A DNA stretch of 64,000 nucleotides from Candidatus Moraniibacteriota bacterium (GTDB lineage: Bacteria; Patescibacteriota; Minisyncoccia; Moranbacterales; UBA11712): contig JAQVJV010000003.1 in assembly GCA_028695025.1 (NCBI GenBank), positions 637-64,636 on the forward strand, read 5' to 3'. A program made the translations under genes and the position numbers. The notes under the pieces are model-generated. The model worked only from the letters and a program-made list of their open reading frames with translations. It had not been told where the DNA came from and ran no database searches. Positions 49,351 to 59,805 of the stretch are shown here, one piece after another (position 1 is the first letter of the stretch; the number at the start of each line of letters is the position of its first letter).

Positions 49351-52305
49351 TCATACCCTTCTTAACCATACCTTGACCGGCGTGGTTTCGAGGGCAACCA
49401 ATTCTGATATTTCGGCCGCCGGCTCTTCGGCCGATTCAATCACTTGGTCAGCCAGCGTTTCCTTAGCGATTAATTCACTAAAACGACCGAATATTTCAGA
49501 TCCTCCTTTATAGTATAATTCAATCCTGTTGTCAACTTGAAAACCGGCCTTTTTTCGCAACTCCTGGATCCGCCGGATGAGCTCGCGCGCTTCGCCCTCA
49601 AGGCGCAAATCGTCCGTAATGGACGTATCAAGCCCCACCTCCCAAGTGATTTCTTCCTGGCGCACAAAACCGGGCTCGTCGGAAACGCCTCCGGCAAAAT
49701 GCACTTTTTTCACATTCACCTCATCTTTCACAAGTTCCGCCATTTCTCCGCCGATATCTTCGTTGATCTTGAGTTCTGCGAGCGGCTGGCGCACCTTGAT
49801 GCCGACTTTCGCCCGCGCGGCGAGCCCCAGCTTCACGAACCGGCGGGTGATCCGCATTTTTTGGTTCAGATCTTCGTCGATCAACTCTTCATCGGCTTGG
49901 GGATAGTTTTCGAGATGGACGGATTGCAGAAACGCAAAATCTTGCGTCTTTATGGAAGCCAAATTCCGATAAATTTCTTCGGCAACAAACGGCATGAACG
50001 GCGCCATGAGTTTTGCGAGCTCCACCAAGACATAATGCAAAGTTTCATAGGCTTCGTTTTTGTCCCCATCATTTTCCGATTTCCAAAAACGCTTCCTCGA
50101 ACGTCTCACATACCAATTGGAAAGATGATCCACAAATTCCGGGAATAATCTCACGGCTTTGTTAAGCTCATATTTTTCCATATGCAAATTCACGTTTTTG
50201 ATAAGCGCGTTAAGCTCGGAAATAATCCACTTATCCAGCAAGTTTTTAGTTTGTATCTTGTAGTTTGTAGTTTGTGGATCAAACTCATCAATGTTCGCAT
50301 AGAGCACGAAAAATGAGTACGTGTTCCAAAGCATCCGAAGCATCCCTCGTACGTTTTCCGCAAGATCTTTCTCAAGAAAAAGAAAATTTTCCGCGGCCAC
50401 AACGGGAGAAGCCATAAGATAGTATCGAAGCGCGTCCGCTCCGTATTTCTTCATCATTTCAGCCGGATCCGGATAGTTTTTGAGACGCTTTGAAAGTTTT
50501 TTTCCGTCCGAACCGACCACAATCCCGTTCACGATGACGTTTTTGTAGGCTTTTGAATCTTTGATGCCGGTCGCGATCGCATGGAGATAATAGAACCAAG
50601 CCCGCGTTTGATCCACTCCTTCCGCAATGAAATCCGCCGGGAAACTTTTTTCGAACTCCTCTTTATTTTCAAACGGATAGTGTGCTTGCGCGTACGGCAT
50701 CGACCCGGAATCGAACCACGTGTCGAGCACATCCGGGATCCGCTTCATCTCCCCGCCGCATTTTTCACATTTGAAGGTGATTTTGTCGACGACGTGCTTG
50801 TGAAGATCAGAAATTTTTTCTCCGCTTAATTTTTCTAATTCGTCCACCGAACCGACCACTTTCGTTTCTCCGCATTTCTCGCACCGCCAAATCGGAATGA
50901 CCGAAGCCCAAAAACGCTGGCGGGAAATTGACCAGTCGCGCGCGCCTTCGAGCCAGTTGCCGAATCTTCCAACCTTGATATGCTCCGGCGACCAGTTGAT
51001 ACCACCCGCCAGTTCCAGCATCCGCTCTTTGATTTTCAAGATATTCACGAACCAGGATGAGGTTGCGTAGTTCAGGAGCGGCGTATCGCACCGCCAGCAA
51101 TGCGGATAGCTGTGTTCATATTTGGCTTTTGCAAACAATAGATTTTTTTTAGCAAGAAATTTGATGATTTCAACATCTGTTTTCTGGCTATCGTCGATCG
51201 GCTTCACGTCGAGTCCGGAAAAATCTTTCGCTTCCGGCCGGATGGTTCCGTCCATATCCACGTGCGACACGAACGGCAAATCGTATTTTTGTCCCAGTTT
51301 CAAATCGTCCTCTCCGAAAGCGGGAGCAATATGCACAATTCCCGTCCCTTCCTCCGTTGTCACAAAGTCGCCCGCGTAAACTTTCCAGCCGTTTTCGCGA
51401 TTTTTGAGGCTTTCGTTCGAAGAATAGTAATCAAAAACCGGTTTGTATTTCATCCCCACCAAATCTTTTCCGGAAATTTCTCGGACTATTTCATAATCTT
51501 TTCCGGAAAATACTTCCGGCGCGCGATCTTTTGCGACAATATAATATTCACTTTCAAATTTAACTAAAACATATTCAATGTTCTCCCCCACAGCAAGCGC
51601 CATATTACCAATCAACGTCCAAGGTGTTGTCGTCCATGCGAGGAGATAAGTCCCCGGTTCATCGATCAATTCAAACTTCACGATCGCCGACAAATCCTTC
51701 ACTATCTTGTATCCTTCCGCCACTTCCGACTGCGAAAGCGTCGTCTCGCACCGCGGACAGATGTGCATTGAGCGATAGCCTTCGTATATCAAGCCCCTGT
51801 TCCAAAGTTCCTTGAAAACCCACCAGACCGATTCCATGAACGGAAGATCCATCGTGCGGTAGCTGTTTTCCATATCCGCCCAGCGGCCGAGACGCCGGAT
51901 TATTTTTTTCCATTCGGCGACATATTCCAAAACTTTCGAGCGGCAAATTTCATTGAATTTTTGGACTCCGTATTTTTCAAGAATCTCTTTCTTGCGTGCG
52001 ACACCCAATTCTTTTTCGGCGATGTTCTCGATCGGAAGGCCGTGGCAGTCCCACCCCCAAACCCGCGGAACCCGGTATCCCCGCATCGTCCAATATCGCG
52101 GCACGACATCTTTCATCGTGCTTGCGACGATGTGGCCGTAGTGCGGGAGACCCGTCGCGAACGGCGGCCCGTCATAAAAAGAATAAAGCGGCGCATTTTT
52201 GCGCGCTTCCAAAGATTTCTCGAATATTTGATTTTCTTCCCAAAATTTCAAAATATTCTCCTCCATCTCCGGAAGAGACTGTTTGGGATCAACAGGGTTG
52301 AACAT
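49351..52305 (-). CDS. ileS: Isoleucine--tRNA ligase (IleRS2 type)
   Basis: FYDGPPFATGLPHYGH, GWDCHGLP, WTTTPWTL, DWSISRQRFW, KLSKRLKNY. Confidence 0.97.
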   Translation of the reverse strand: MFNPVDPKQSLPEMEENILKFWEENQIFEKSLEARKNAPLYSFYDGPPFATGLPHYGHIVASTMKDVVPRYWTMRGYRVPRVWGWDCHGLPIENIAEKELGVARKKEILEKYGVQKFNEICRSKVLEYVAEWKKIIRRLGRWADMENSYRTMDLPFMESVWWVFKELWNRGLIYEGYRSMHICPRCETTLSQSEVAEGYKIVKDLSAIVKFELIDEPGTYLLAWTTTPWTLIGNMALAVGENIEYVLVKFESEYYIVAKDRAPEVFSGKDYEIVREISGKDLVGMKYKPVFDYYSSNESLKNRENGWKVYAGDFVTTEEGTGIVHIAPAFGEDDLKLGQKYDLPFVSHVDMDGTIRPEAKDFSGLDVKPIDDSQKTDVEIIKFLAKKNLLFAKAKYEHSYPHCWRCDTPLLNYATSSWFVNILKIKERMLELAGGINWSPEHIKVGRFGNWLEGARDWSISRQRFWASVIPIWRCEKCGETKVVGSVDELEKLSGEKISDLHKHVVDKITFKCEKCGGEMKRIPDVLDTWFDSGSMPYAQAHYPFENKEEFEKSFPADFIAEGVDQTRAWFYYLHAIATGIKDSKAYKNVIVNGIVVGSDGKKLSKRLKNYPDPAEMMKKYGADALRYYLMASPVVAAENFLFLEKDLAENVRGMLRMLWNTYSFFVLYANIDEFDPQTTNYKIQTKNLLDKWIISELNALIKNVNLHMEKYELNKAVRLFPEFVDHLSNWYVRRSRKRFWKSENDGDKNEAYETLHYVLVELAKLMAPFMPFVAEEIYRNLASIKTQDFAFLQSVHLENYPQADEELIDEDLNQKMRITRRFVKLGLAARAKVGIKVRQPLAELKINEDIGGEMAELVKDEVNVKKVHFAGGVSDEPGFVRQEEITWEVGLDTSITDDLRLEGEARELIRRIQELRKKAGFQVDNRIELYYKGGSEIFGRFSELIAKETLADQVIESAEEPAAEISELVALETTPVKVWLRRV

Positions 52306-52311
52306 AAAATC

Positions 52312-53460
52312 TCAGATATTTTTATAAACCTCGAGCGTTTCCTTCGCCGTTTTTTCCCAGCTGAATTTCTGCGCCTGTTTCACGCCAGAGGCGGATAAGC
52401 GCGTCCTTAAATCCTTATCAATTGCCAAATTCTTCATAGCACCCGCGATCCCGTCCGTGTCATGCGGATCGACATAGGCCGCCGCCTCGCCAGCCACTTC
52501 CGGAATTGAAGAAACTTTCGAAAGAAGGCAAGGCGCGCCGCAAGCCATCGCTTCAGCCACCGTTTGCCCGAAGCCTTCCCAAAGCGACGGCATCACAAAA
52601 AATTGGGCGTTCGCGTAGAGCGGCTTGAGCTCGTCCCCGCCGACATATCCGGTGAAAACAACATTTTCCTTCACTCCCAAATCCTCCACCTGCTGAAAAT
52701 ATTCTTTGAAAAGCCAGCCTCGTTTTCCGGCAACGACCAATTGATAGTCAAAATTTCCGCCGTATCCTTTTTTGAAACGCGCGAAAGCGTCGAGCACCCG
52801 CGTCAAGTTTTTCCGCGGTTCAAGCGTTCCAAGAAACAAAATATACTTGTCGGCCAAGTTATACAGCTTCTTCACTTCTTCCCATTTCATTCCGCCCTCG
52901 CCGAAAAATCTTTTGTCGATTCCGTTGTAGACGGTGGTGATTTTTTCCAGCGGATATCCCAAAAATTCGTGCGCGTCTTGCTTGGTCGAATCCGAAACGG
53001 CAATGATCCGGCCGGATTTGGCCGCCGCGAAGCTATAAAGCGTTTTCAATTTGGCCGTTGAAAGCCGCGGAAAAAATTCCGGAACGTGATACGGCGCGAA
53101 ATCGTAGAAAGTAGTCACCACTTTTCCGCGATAGCTGGCCGGGACGCGATAGAGCGGCGAAGTGACATGAAGCACGTCGATTTTCTCGCGAGCAAGTGTT
53201 GCCATTCCCAAAATTTCCGAATACGCCGCCGGCATATATTTTTTGTAGTCCGAAAAAGGATAGAACTTGATTTTCACGTTCGGCTGGGAAAAGCGCTTCA
53301 CGTCTTTGTCGCGCACTTTGAAATCGAAAAACAGGGTATATTGGTTGCTTTTGTCAATTTCGAGAAGATTTTTGACCAAATGCCAAACATAGTTCGCCAC
53401 CCCGGTGGGCGCCGATTTTTCCGGATTCAGTATGGCTCGCGCGTCAATTCCGATCCGCAT
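52312..53460 (-). CDS. Glycosyltransferase family 4
   Basis: MRIGIDAR, LGTLEPRKN, PSLWEGFG..VAEAMACG, FSWEKTA. Confidence 0.93.
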   Translation of the reverse strand: MRIGIDARAILNPEKSAPTGVANYVWHLVKNLLEIDKSNQYTLFFDFKVRDKDVKRFSQPNVKIKFYPFSDYKKYMPAAYSEILGMATLAREKIDVLHVTSPLYRVPASYRGKVVTTFYDFAPYHVPEFFPRLSTAKLKTLYSFAAAKSGRIIAVSDSTKQDAHEFLGYPLEKITTVYNGIDKRFFGEGGMKWEEVKKLYNLADKYILFLGTLEPRKNLTRVLDAFARFKKGYGGNFDYQLVVAGKRGWLFKEYFQQVEDLGVKENVVFTGYVGGDELKPLYANAQFFVMPSLWEGFGQTVAEAMACGAPCLLSKVSSIPEVAGEAAAYVDPHDTDGIAGAMKNLAIDKDLRTRLSASGVKQAQKFSWEKTAKETLEVYKNI

Positions 53461-53607
53461 AAAACTAGCCTTAAAGTCTTAATTTCATCTAAAATATATC
53501 CCTTTTCGGGAAAAAAAGCAAGTTCATATCTTACTACGCGCCAAAAAAATTATTGATGAAAAAAGCAAGAGACAGCTTTGTTTATGCGCCATCACCGTGC
53601 CTGATTT

Positions 53608-54420
53608 TTATTGCAAGCCTATTATCTTGTAGTTGCACTCCCCGTCCTGGGTGAGGGCGTTTGCTGTCAGAAATTGGACGCCGCCTATCTCCGCCCCGAT
53701 GTCGTAGTGCCAATGCCCCGTGAGCACATATTTCACGTTCGGCGTGAGCGCGTTGAAAAAATTTTCAAAAAGAGGCTCTTTGTCGCGCGTATATATGTCC
53801 TCCCGCGAGTTATAGAAAAAAGGAGGATGGTGCATGGCGATTACCACCTGCTTGTCCGTGCCGAGCGAATCCCGCAAAAAATTCAGCTGGGCATCGTCAA
53901 GGTATCCGGTCGAACTGCCGAATTGCTCGGCGGTGTCCAAAACTATAACGCGCAAATTGTCATAATCGGAAGAGTAATAGTTTTTGTCGGACAAAATTTT
54001 GAAATCGTCCGAGTCGTGGTTCCCCTTCACCCAAAGAAATTTGCGGCCGCCGACGATTGCTTTCATGTCGTTGTAATATTCAGCGCCTCCATTGTTCGTG
54101 TTGTCTCCCGTGGCGATGACCAAGTCTGTTCCGAGGCCGAGCACTTGTTCCAAACATTCCTTGTATTTGTTCGGGTAGATTATATTGTCACCCTCCTCCC
54201 GCTTGTTTTTCTTGTCCGCGTGGATGTCGGTGATCCAGGCGATTTTGGAAATGGCATTTTTGGGATGATCTTCGGGGCGTTCCTCCGCAAAAGCCGCCTG
54301 GCTTTCTTCAGTGCGGTTTTGTTTTTTTGCTTTGCCAACAAAAAAGATCAGCCCGATAGCAGCCAAAAAAACAATTATAGCTATTGTCGAAAATATTTTT
54401 TTGTTGAGTTTTTGCTCCAT
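53608..54420 (-). CDS. Membrane-anchored calcineurin-like metallophosphoesterase
   Basis: TDIH, TGD, KGNHD, MHHP, GHWH. The start is likely MEQKL. Confidence 0.9.
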   Translation of the reverse strand: MEQKLNKKIFSTIAIIVFLAAIGLIFFVGKAKKQNRTEESQAAFAEERPEDHPKNAISKIAWITDIHADKKNKREEGDNIIYPNKYKECLEQVLGLGTDLVIATGDNTNNGGAEYYNDMKAIVGGRKFLWVKGNHDSDDFKILSDKNYYSSDYDNLRVIVLDTAEQFGSSTGYLDDAQLNFLRDSLGTDKQVVIAMHHPPFFYNSREDIYTRDKEPLFENFFNALTPNVKYVLTGHWHYDIGAEIGGVQFLTANALTQDGECNYKIIGLQ

Positions 54421-54482
54421 TACCAGCCATTTTAGCATATCCGCGAAAACCTACCAATTTTTTCACGGATAAAATACACCGG

Positions 54483-55676
54483 CTATCGGCCGCCTTTGGA
54501 CAACAGCCCGTCGATCACGTCTTCATCCTTGCAACTGTACGCGTCGGAAGGAGAATAAAAGCCTTTTTTCGGGCCGTAGCATCCGCCGTTTTCTTTATAA
54601 AGCACGCCGAAATACGGCATGAGAAATCCCATATTCTTTTTGGAATCGAAATATTTATAAAGTTTTCGAAGGGTTTTTGCCCGTGTTTTCTCATCCATCC
54701 GGGCGAAAATATCAAGATCGTCCGAGGAAATTCCCGTCCAATCCAAGTGGAGCAAAACATTTTTCGCTTTCGAAGCATAAGCCTTGTTCCAAAGGAGCGC
54801 CCAACAGCTTCCGCGGCTGGAAAGGCACGGCCCGTCTTCGATATTTCCGGCGGCGTCAATTCCCACTCCCCCCTCGATATAGTCAAAAAGTTCGAGGTAT
54901 TTTTCGTCGGTAATGCTTCCCGTCTGCGCGCCGATCACCACATCCATGCCTTTTTTCTTGGCATAGCTACGGATATCTTTCACGATTTCGGGAGCGTAAT
55001 CTTTTTTTCCGCTCTCCTGCATATAAATTTGTCCAAAAGTGAAGCTTTGAACGCCGAGGTCAATCGCTTTTCGGGTAATATACTTTATGTAGCGTCGGTA
55101 TTCCGAGCTGGAAAAAGTCGGCACACACGTACGCTCTCCCCATTCATTCATTGTGTCCTCATGGCACATTTTCCGGAAATTGAAAACGTGACCGTCGTCG
55201 TCTTCGTAGCCGTCCTTGAAACGGATGGCTTCCGCGATGAACATGCCATAGACCACGTCCGACTTTGAGATTTGCGCCATGTTTTTTTCAATCACCTCGA
55301 AATCAGGCGGCTTGAGCCATGTTTCGACCGAACGATGGAGATAGTAACAACTCGAACGGTTGATGAGCTGGATGAATTCGCCTTGGTCGGGATTGTATTC
55401 CGTGAGAAGCCCGTCCGCCACGCAACCTTGGGACTTGAGCCGGTCCATATCCACCGGGGGAGGCGGCGCTTTTTCAATCCAAGCGGGCAAAACCCCGAGA
55501 AAAGAGTCAACCGCCGATTCCGAGACGCTCGGAACCCGCTCGGGCCCGGCTTCCGCGCTGGCTTTTTCCGTTTTTTTCCGGAATTCCAGATAGCCAAAAA
55601 CACCCGCCGCGAGAAAAACAACCGCGAGAACGGCCAAAAAATAGGGGTTTATTTTCCGCTTTTTCTTCCGTCTCAT
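54483..55676 (-). CDS. Hypothetical membrane-anchored protein
   Basis: 397-aa ORF with N-terminal TM. No family recognised. Confidence 0.75.
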   Translation of the reverse strand: MRRKKKRKINPYFLAVLAVVFLAAGVFGYLEFRKKTEKASAEAGPERVPSVSESAVDSFLGVLPAWIEKAPPPPVDMDRLKSQGCVADGLLTEYNPDQGEFIQLINRSSCYYLHRSVETWLKPPDFEVIEKNMAQISKSDVVYGMFIAEAIRFKDGYEDDDGHVFNFRKMCHEDTMNEWGERTCVPTFSSSEYRRYIKYITRKAIDLGVQSFTFGQIYMQESGKKDYAPEIVKDIRSYAKKKGMDVVIGAQTGSITDEKYLELFDYIEGGVGIDAAGNIEDGPCLSSRGSCWALLWNKAYASKAKNVLLHLDWTGISSDDLDIFARMDEKTRAKTLRKLYKYFDSKKNMGFLMPYFGVLYKENGGCYGPKKGFYSPSDAYSCKDEDVIDGLLSKGGR

Positions 55677-55740
55677 AGCTTCTCACTTTAGCCTACTTTT
55701 TCTTACGCGGCAAGCGGGAAATTGCATTTGGCAAAAAACA

Positions 55741-55771
55741 AAAAACCCGCACGGGATTGTGCGGATTTTTT
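55741..55771 (-). terminator. Intrinsic terminator
   Basis: CCGCAC/GTGCGG stem flanked by A and T runs after 55788. Confidence 0.6.
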
Positions 55772-55787
55772 CGCGAAAAAAGTTTTT

Positions 55788-56459
55788 TTATTCTTGGCAA
55801 GCCGCCTGGCATTGGGCCTTGGCACCAGCATCCGGGATGGAATCGCACATTTCGCAAGAAATTGCCGGCATTTGCTGTTGAGCTTTGTTTTTCATATCTT
55901 CCATGATTTTTGATTGGTCGACAAAATCCACTTCTGTCGGGACCGAAAACATTGAGTCGTCCGCTTTCCAAGATTCGCAGTCAAAATCCATCTTTTCATC
56001 GAGTTGATTTTCGGCGGGAGCTGGAGCCGGTGCTCCCGGGGAATTTTCTCCGGACGAGGGCATATTTTGAGCTTCTTCGATATTTATCTTCATTCCTGAA
56101 GCGTTTCCTTCGTTCCAGGAATACATCCAGCCATCAGCAATGATCACGTGAGCGGTGGTTTGGGACGAGTCTCCGGCTTGCGACGTGACATCCGACCGGA
56201 TTTTCCCGTCGGCAACATAAGTCGTGCCGCTTGAGCTGAATTTGCCGTCGCTGTTCGAATAGGCGCACTTGAGCGACCCGCCTTTGGCCAGCAAGTCTTT
56301 CATGCTCCCGGAAAATTTGTTTCCCTGGTTTTGATCGACCGTTTTATTTTGATTCTCTGCGGATTGTTCCGAGTTCGATGCCGGCTGATTCTTCGCGCCG
56401 CACCCGGCCAGAAAAACAACACCAAGCGCCAACGCGGCCGCAGTAATAATTTTTTTCAT
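55788..56459 (-). CDS. Lipoprotein
   Basis: Lipobox FLAGC. Cys-rich C-terminus. Confidence 0.8.
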   Translation of the reverse strand: MKKIITAAALALGVVFLAGCGAKNQPASNSEQSAENQNKTVDQNQGNKFSGSMKDLLAKGGSLKCAYSNSDGKFSSSGTTYVADGKIRSDVTSQAGDSSQTTAHVIIADGWMYSWNEGNASGMKINIEEAQNMPSSGENSPGAPAPAPAENQLDEKMDFDCESWKADDSMFSVPTEVDFVDQSKIMEDMKNKAQQQMPAISCEMCDSIPDAGAKAQCQAACQE

Positions 56460-56530
56460 TTTTATGTTCTTAAGAATTAGCTGATTCTTATTATAATCCG
56501 GGGAAACCGCGCGGTCAAAGAATTATTTCG

Positions 56531-57199
56531 CTATGTTTTTAATTTTCCCGACCGGAAACTTTTTCCGACCACAGCGCCGATCACCGCCCCCGCGATCGCT
56601 CCCGCCAAAAAATCGGAAAACCAGTGAATCGTCGCCGAAACTCCAATCCCGATATAAAAAGCATAAGCCAAGGCGATATATTTCAGAAACTTGTCCTTTG
56701 GGCGAAGCGTGATGAGCGCCAACGCCATCGAAAAAGCCACCGCCGTGTGCGACGATGGCCAGCCAAAAAAAATCCCTCCGCGCCCGAGGCCGAAACGAAA
56801 AATGTGGCTCGTATCGGAGATTAATCCTCCTGCTATAATCCCAGGCGGTTCCGGGCGACCCGTGAAAAATTTGAAGAAAGAAGACACAAGCCAGCCAAGA
56901 ACCACCGCCTGGCCAACGGCAAAAGCGACGATTTCAAGTTTTCTTTTTTTCGCCCAAGAACTCAAAAGCCAAAACGGCAGGATTCCAAACATCGGGACAA
57001 ACCCGCCCAAAAGCACTGCCGGCCAAAGAATATTTTGGAGAATGGCATTGCGCGTCAATTCAAAATACCGCCAATCAAAACCGGAAAAAACCAAAATGCC
57101 GGTCAAGACAAACGCCGCCAAAATCCAAACCAAATTCCACCCCGAAAAAACGCGGGCGATGTTTTTGGAAATATTTCGAAAAAATCCAAATGTAGCCAT
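56531..57199 (-). CDS. PAP2 family phosphatase
   Basis: KFFTGRPEP, WPSSH, IHWFSDFLAG. Confidence 0.9.
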   Translation of the reverse strand: MATFGFFRNISKNIARVFSGWNLVWILAAFVLTGILVFSGFDWRYFELTRNAILQNILWPAVLLGGFVPMFGILPFWLLSSWAKKRKLEIVAFAVGQAVVLGWLVSSFFKFFTGRPEPPGIIAGGLISDTSHIFRFGLGRGGIFFGWPSSHTAVAFSMALALITLRPKDKFLKYIALAYAFYIGIGVSATIHWFSDFLAGAIAGAVIGAVVGKSFRSGKLKT

Positions 57200-57599
57200 A
57201 GGTGAAATCTTATTCTTATTTTATCACAAACAAAACCCGCCTCGAAATTGAGACGGGCGGTTGATAAACACAACGTGAGCATATCACCGGCCGGAAACCG
57301 AAGTTTCGAGGAATTGATAAGGGGTTGGGAATTCTCTTTCGAAATGCAATAATCTTCCTCCGGATCGGGTAATACTTTTTAGCTGACCAATAATTGAAAA
57401 GTTATGTAAATGCAGTATGCTAAAATAGGGGGAGAGGCGGATTATATTTTATGCGTTCGAAATTATTTCTCCTTTCATTTTTGATTTTGGTTTTGGCGGC
57501 AGGAATGATTGCTTGTTTCTTTTTGCCAAAGCGAAACCTACCGGAATTTATCAAAGATAAATCCTTTTTTCATAAAAGGAATTTTTTCGGAAATTTTGA

Positions 57600-57764
57600 T
57601 CACCGCGCCAGCGTGCTGATGTAGCTGCCGAGATAGTACGGCCAGACGACGACCGCCAGCACGCCCGTCCAAAACGAGAGATGGAGGAAACCGATCGTGA
57701 ACAGCCAGCCGGCGAACCAGGAAAACGCCGAGAAGCTATGGTTTTCGATTTTTATCTTTTCCAT
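57600..57764 (-). CDS. Small (54 aa) membrane protein
   Basis: Hand translation MEKIKIENHSFSAFSWFAGWLFTIGFLHLSFWTGVLAVVVWPYYLGSYISTLAR*. GC3-rich codons. Below the ORF-track cutoff. Confidence 0.7.
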   Translation of the reverse strand: MEKIKIENHSFSAFSWFAGWLFTIGFLHLSFWTGVLAVVVWPYYLGSYISTLAR

Positions 57765-57819
57765 GGCTTTATTTTATCATCCTTCGGGAAAAATAATAGG
57801 GCCGGCCGTTTAGCCTGCC

Positions 57820-58041
57820 CTATTTCTGGCAAAAATTAACGCAATCTTTTTCAATTTCTTGGAGATTCAGGGGATTGTTACCGCAACTGCAGTAATAAGC
57901 CGGTCTCCCTCACCTTTCACCAAGAAAAATAAAATGGTTTCCAATTTCTTCATAGAAACCGCTGATGATTCCCTTTGCCCGGAGCAAACCGCGATCGTGC
58001 ATAGACAGCTTTTCAATTTGATCCAGTGGTAAAAAGTACAA
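57820..58041 (-). pseudogene. Orphan ORF with one internal TGA
   Basis: GAGGAGG upstream of TTG(58041). 43 codons, TGA (57910-57912), then GRPAYYCSCG...CVNFCQK-TAG, overlapping a terminator-like hairpin. Confidence 0.45.
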
Positions 58042-58165
58042 TGTTTCCCTCCTCAAAATATAATTTGATCAACTTTTTATAACTTTATCATAATGCATTT
58101 GACTTACGGCAACAATAAAATAGAATTTTTATAGCCCACTAACAATTTGAAAGGAGAAGGAAAAA

Positions 58166-58504
58166 TTGGATACAATAACTCCAGAGATAATAGACGCTGT
58201 CCAGAAAATTTTGGACCAGCAGGGTTTTTCGGATGAGAAGATTGAAGCTCTGCATAAAATTCATCCGAACTGGCGATTGATAGCTAAGCAATTATCGCAA
58301 GAAATGGCACAAAAAAATCCCATACAGATAACGCAAGTCCGTATCGGCATGGGAGTAATCACCAAAAAAGATACTCTATTCCGAGACCAATTTGAAAAAA
58401 TCAAACTACAAAAAAGAAATTGCCCTGGTTTTTTTGCGTGCGGTGCAGGCTCCAAAAGCCGAAGCTGGCCTGAATTTACCTGCGAAAATTGTCCTTATTA
58501 TTAA
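58166..58504 (+). CDS. Hypothetical protein with Cys-rich C-terminus
   Basis: GAAAGGAG upstream, C.....C...C..C motif, terminator downstream. Confidence 0.6.
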   Translation: MDTITPEIIDAVQKILDQQGFSDEKIEALHKIHPNWRLIAKQLSQEMAQKNPIQITQVRIGMGVITKKDTLFRDQFEKIKLQKRNCPGFFACGAGSKSRSWPEFTCENCPYY

Positions 58505-58512
58505 GGAACCCG

Positions 58513-58550
58513 AATAGCCTTGGCGAAACCGCCCGGGCTATTATCTTTTT
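58513..58550 (+). terminator. Intrinsic terminator
   Basis: AATAGCC..GGCG-aaac-CGCC..GGCTATT + T-rich tail. Confidence 0.6.
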
Positions 58551-58653
58551 CTTGACATATATCGAAAATTTGCTAGACTTGAGAACTAAAAAATGATGGC
58601 TGAAAAACGTCATTTTTTTGTGGAAAAAATAATTTTTTAGCTTGAATTTTCCA

Positions 58654-59802
58654 ATGAAAAGAAAAGATATTGTGACTTTTGGACTAATTATTCTCACTGC
58701 GGTTTTTTTCGTCGCCGTTGCCGTTCATTTTCGAAAAACTTCCACTCCCGCTCCGGAAACTTCCCGGCCGGCACCTGAAGTCACCGTCCAGTCTGTTGCC
58801 GCGAGCCACATCTATATGGAATCGGTCCAATATCCGGCGAATATTGTCGGCGATCAGGAAATCCAAGTGGCAGCCACCGCGACCGGAACTGCGACCGTGG
58901 CTAATTTTTCGCTTGGAGATTATGTCCCAGCGGGAGCCTTGCTTGTGAAAATTGATAACATCGGGCCGAATCTCAAAACCGAAAAAGCTGGATTCGAGAG
59001 TAGCGCCGTGCAGCAATCCTACCTCTCAGTCAAACAAGCAGAAGAAAATCTCGATCTTGCCGAGGAAAATTATGACAATATCAAAGACCAATACGATTAT
59101 CAAAAGAAAAATCCAACCGCCGCCCAAACCGTCACTAAAGCCGATCGCGACGCCGCCAAAAAAGCAGTCGACCTCGCCGAAATCGCGCTTGAAAACGCCA
59201 AGGTGGGATACAAAGGCACACTTGATAATCACTTGGTGACAAGCCCGATCAGCGGATACGTCACCGAAAAATCAGTGAGCGCTGGCGATTCCGTTTCAAA
59301 TGGACAAACCCTTTTCTCAATCAGCAAAACTAAAAAGGTAAAAGTTCAGTTTTTCGTTGATGAAAACCAATTGTCTTCGCTCGCCAAAGGGCAAATCATC
59401 ACCCTCGCTGACAATTCCGGAAATCAAATTCCAGTCGTCATTCAGAACGTTTCCCCGCAGGCTGATACAGCCACCAAACGATTTTTGATTGAAGCCTATC
59501 CCAAAAGTCCGAACGAAAACACTCTCATCGCCGGAACAGTAGTAGGTGTCTCTTTCTTTTTTTCTAAAAATCCCAGCCAGCCGGACACTCTCATTCTGCC
59601 TCTTGCCGCACTCAACGTCGGACAAAACGAGAATTATATCTTCACCGCCGAAGACGGAAAAGCCAAGAAAGTGAATGTGGACGTGGTTCAGGTGAGTGGG
59701 CAAACAGTTGAGATAAAAGCCGGCCTCTCCTCGGATGCTGAAATCATTATCAACGGAAGCAAACTCGTCCGGGACGGCCAAGTGATAAATATTTCGAAAT
59801 AG
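58654..59802 (+). CDS. RND efflux periplasmic adaptor (membrane fusion protein)
   Basis: N-terminal TM, biotinyl-lipoyl halves (GDYVPAGALLVKID; SPISGYV...GDSVSNGQTLF), alpha hairpin. Confidence 0.92.
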   Translation: MKRKDIVTFGLIILTAVFFVAVAVHFRKTSTPAPETSRPAPEVTVQSVAASHIYMESVQYPANIVGDQEIQVAATATGTATVANFSLGDYVPAGALLVKIDNIGPNLKTEKAGFESSAVQQSYLSVKQAEENLDLAEENYDNIKDQYDYQKKNPTAAQTVTKADRDAAKKAVDLAEIALENAKVGYKGTLDNHLVTSPISGYVTEKSVSAGDSVSNGQTLFSISKTKKVKVQFFVDENQLSSLAKGQIITLADNSGNQIPVVIQNVSPQADTATKRFLIEAYPKSPNENTLIAGTVVGVSFFFSKNPSQPDTLILPLAALNVGQNENYIFTAEDGKAKKVNVDVVQVSGQTVEIKAGLSSDAEIIINGSKLVRDGQVINISK

Positions 59803-59805
59803 ACC

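Noticed and set aside
57200-57599. Gene or RNA in this gap
   Set aside because: An SD-like GAAAGGAG and a terminator-like hairpin (57232-57260) are present on the minus strand, but I found no convincing open frame or RNA motif.
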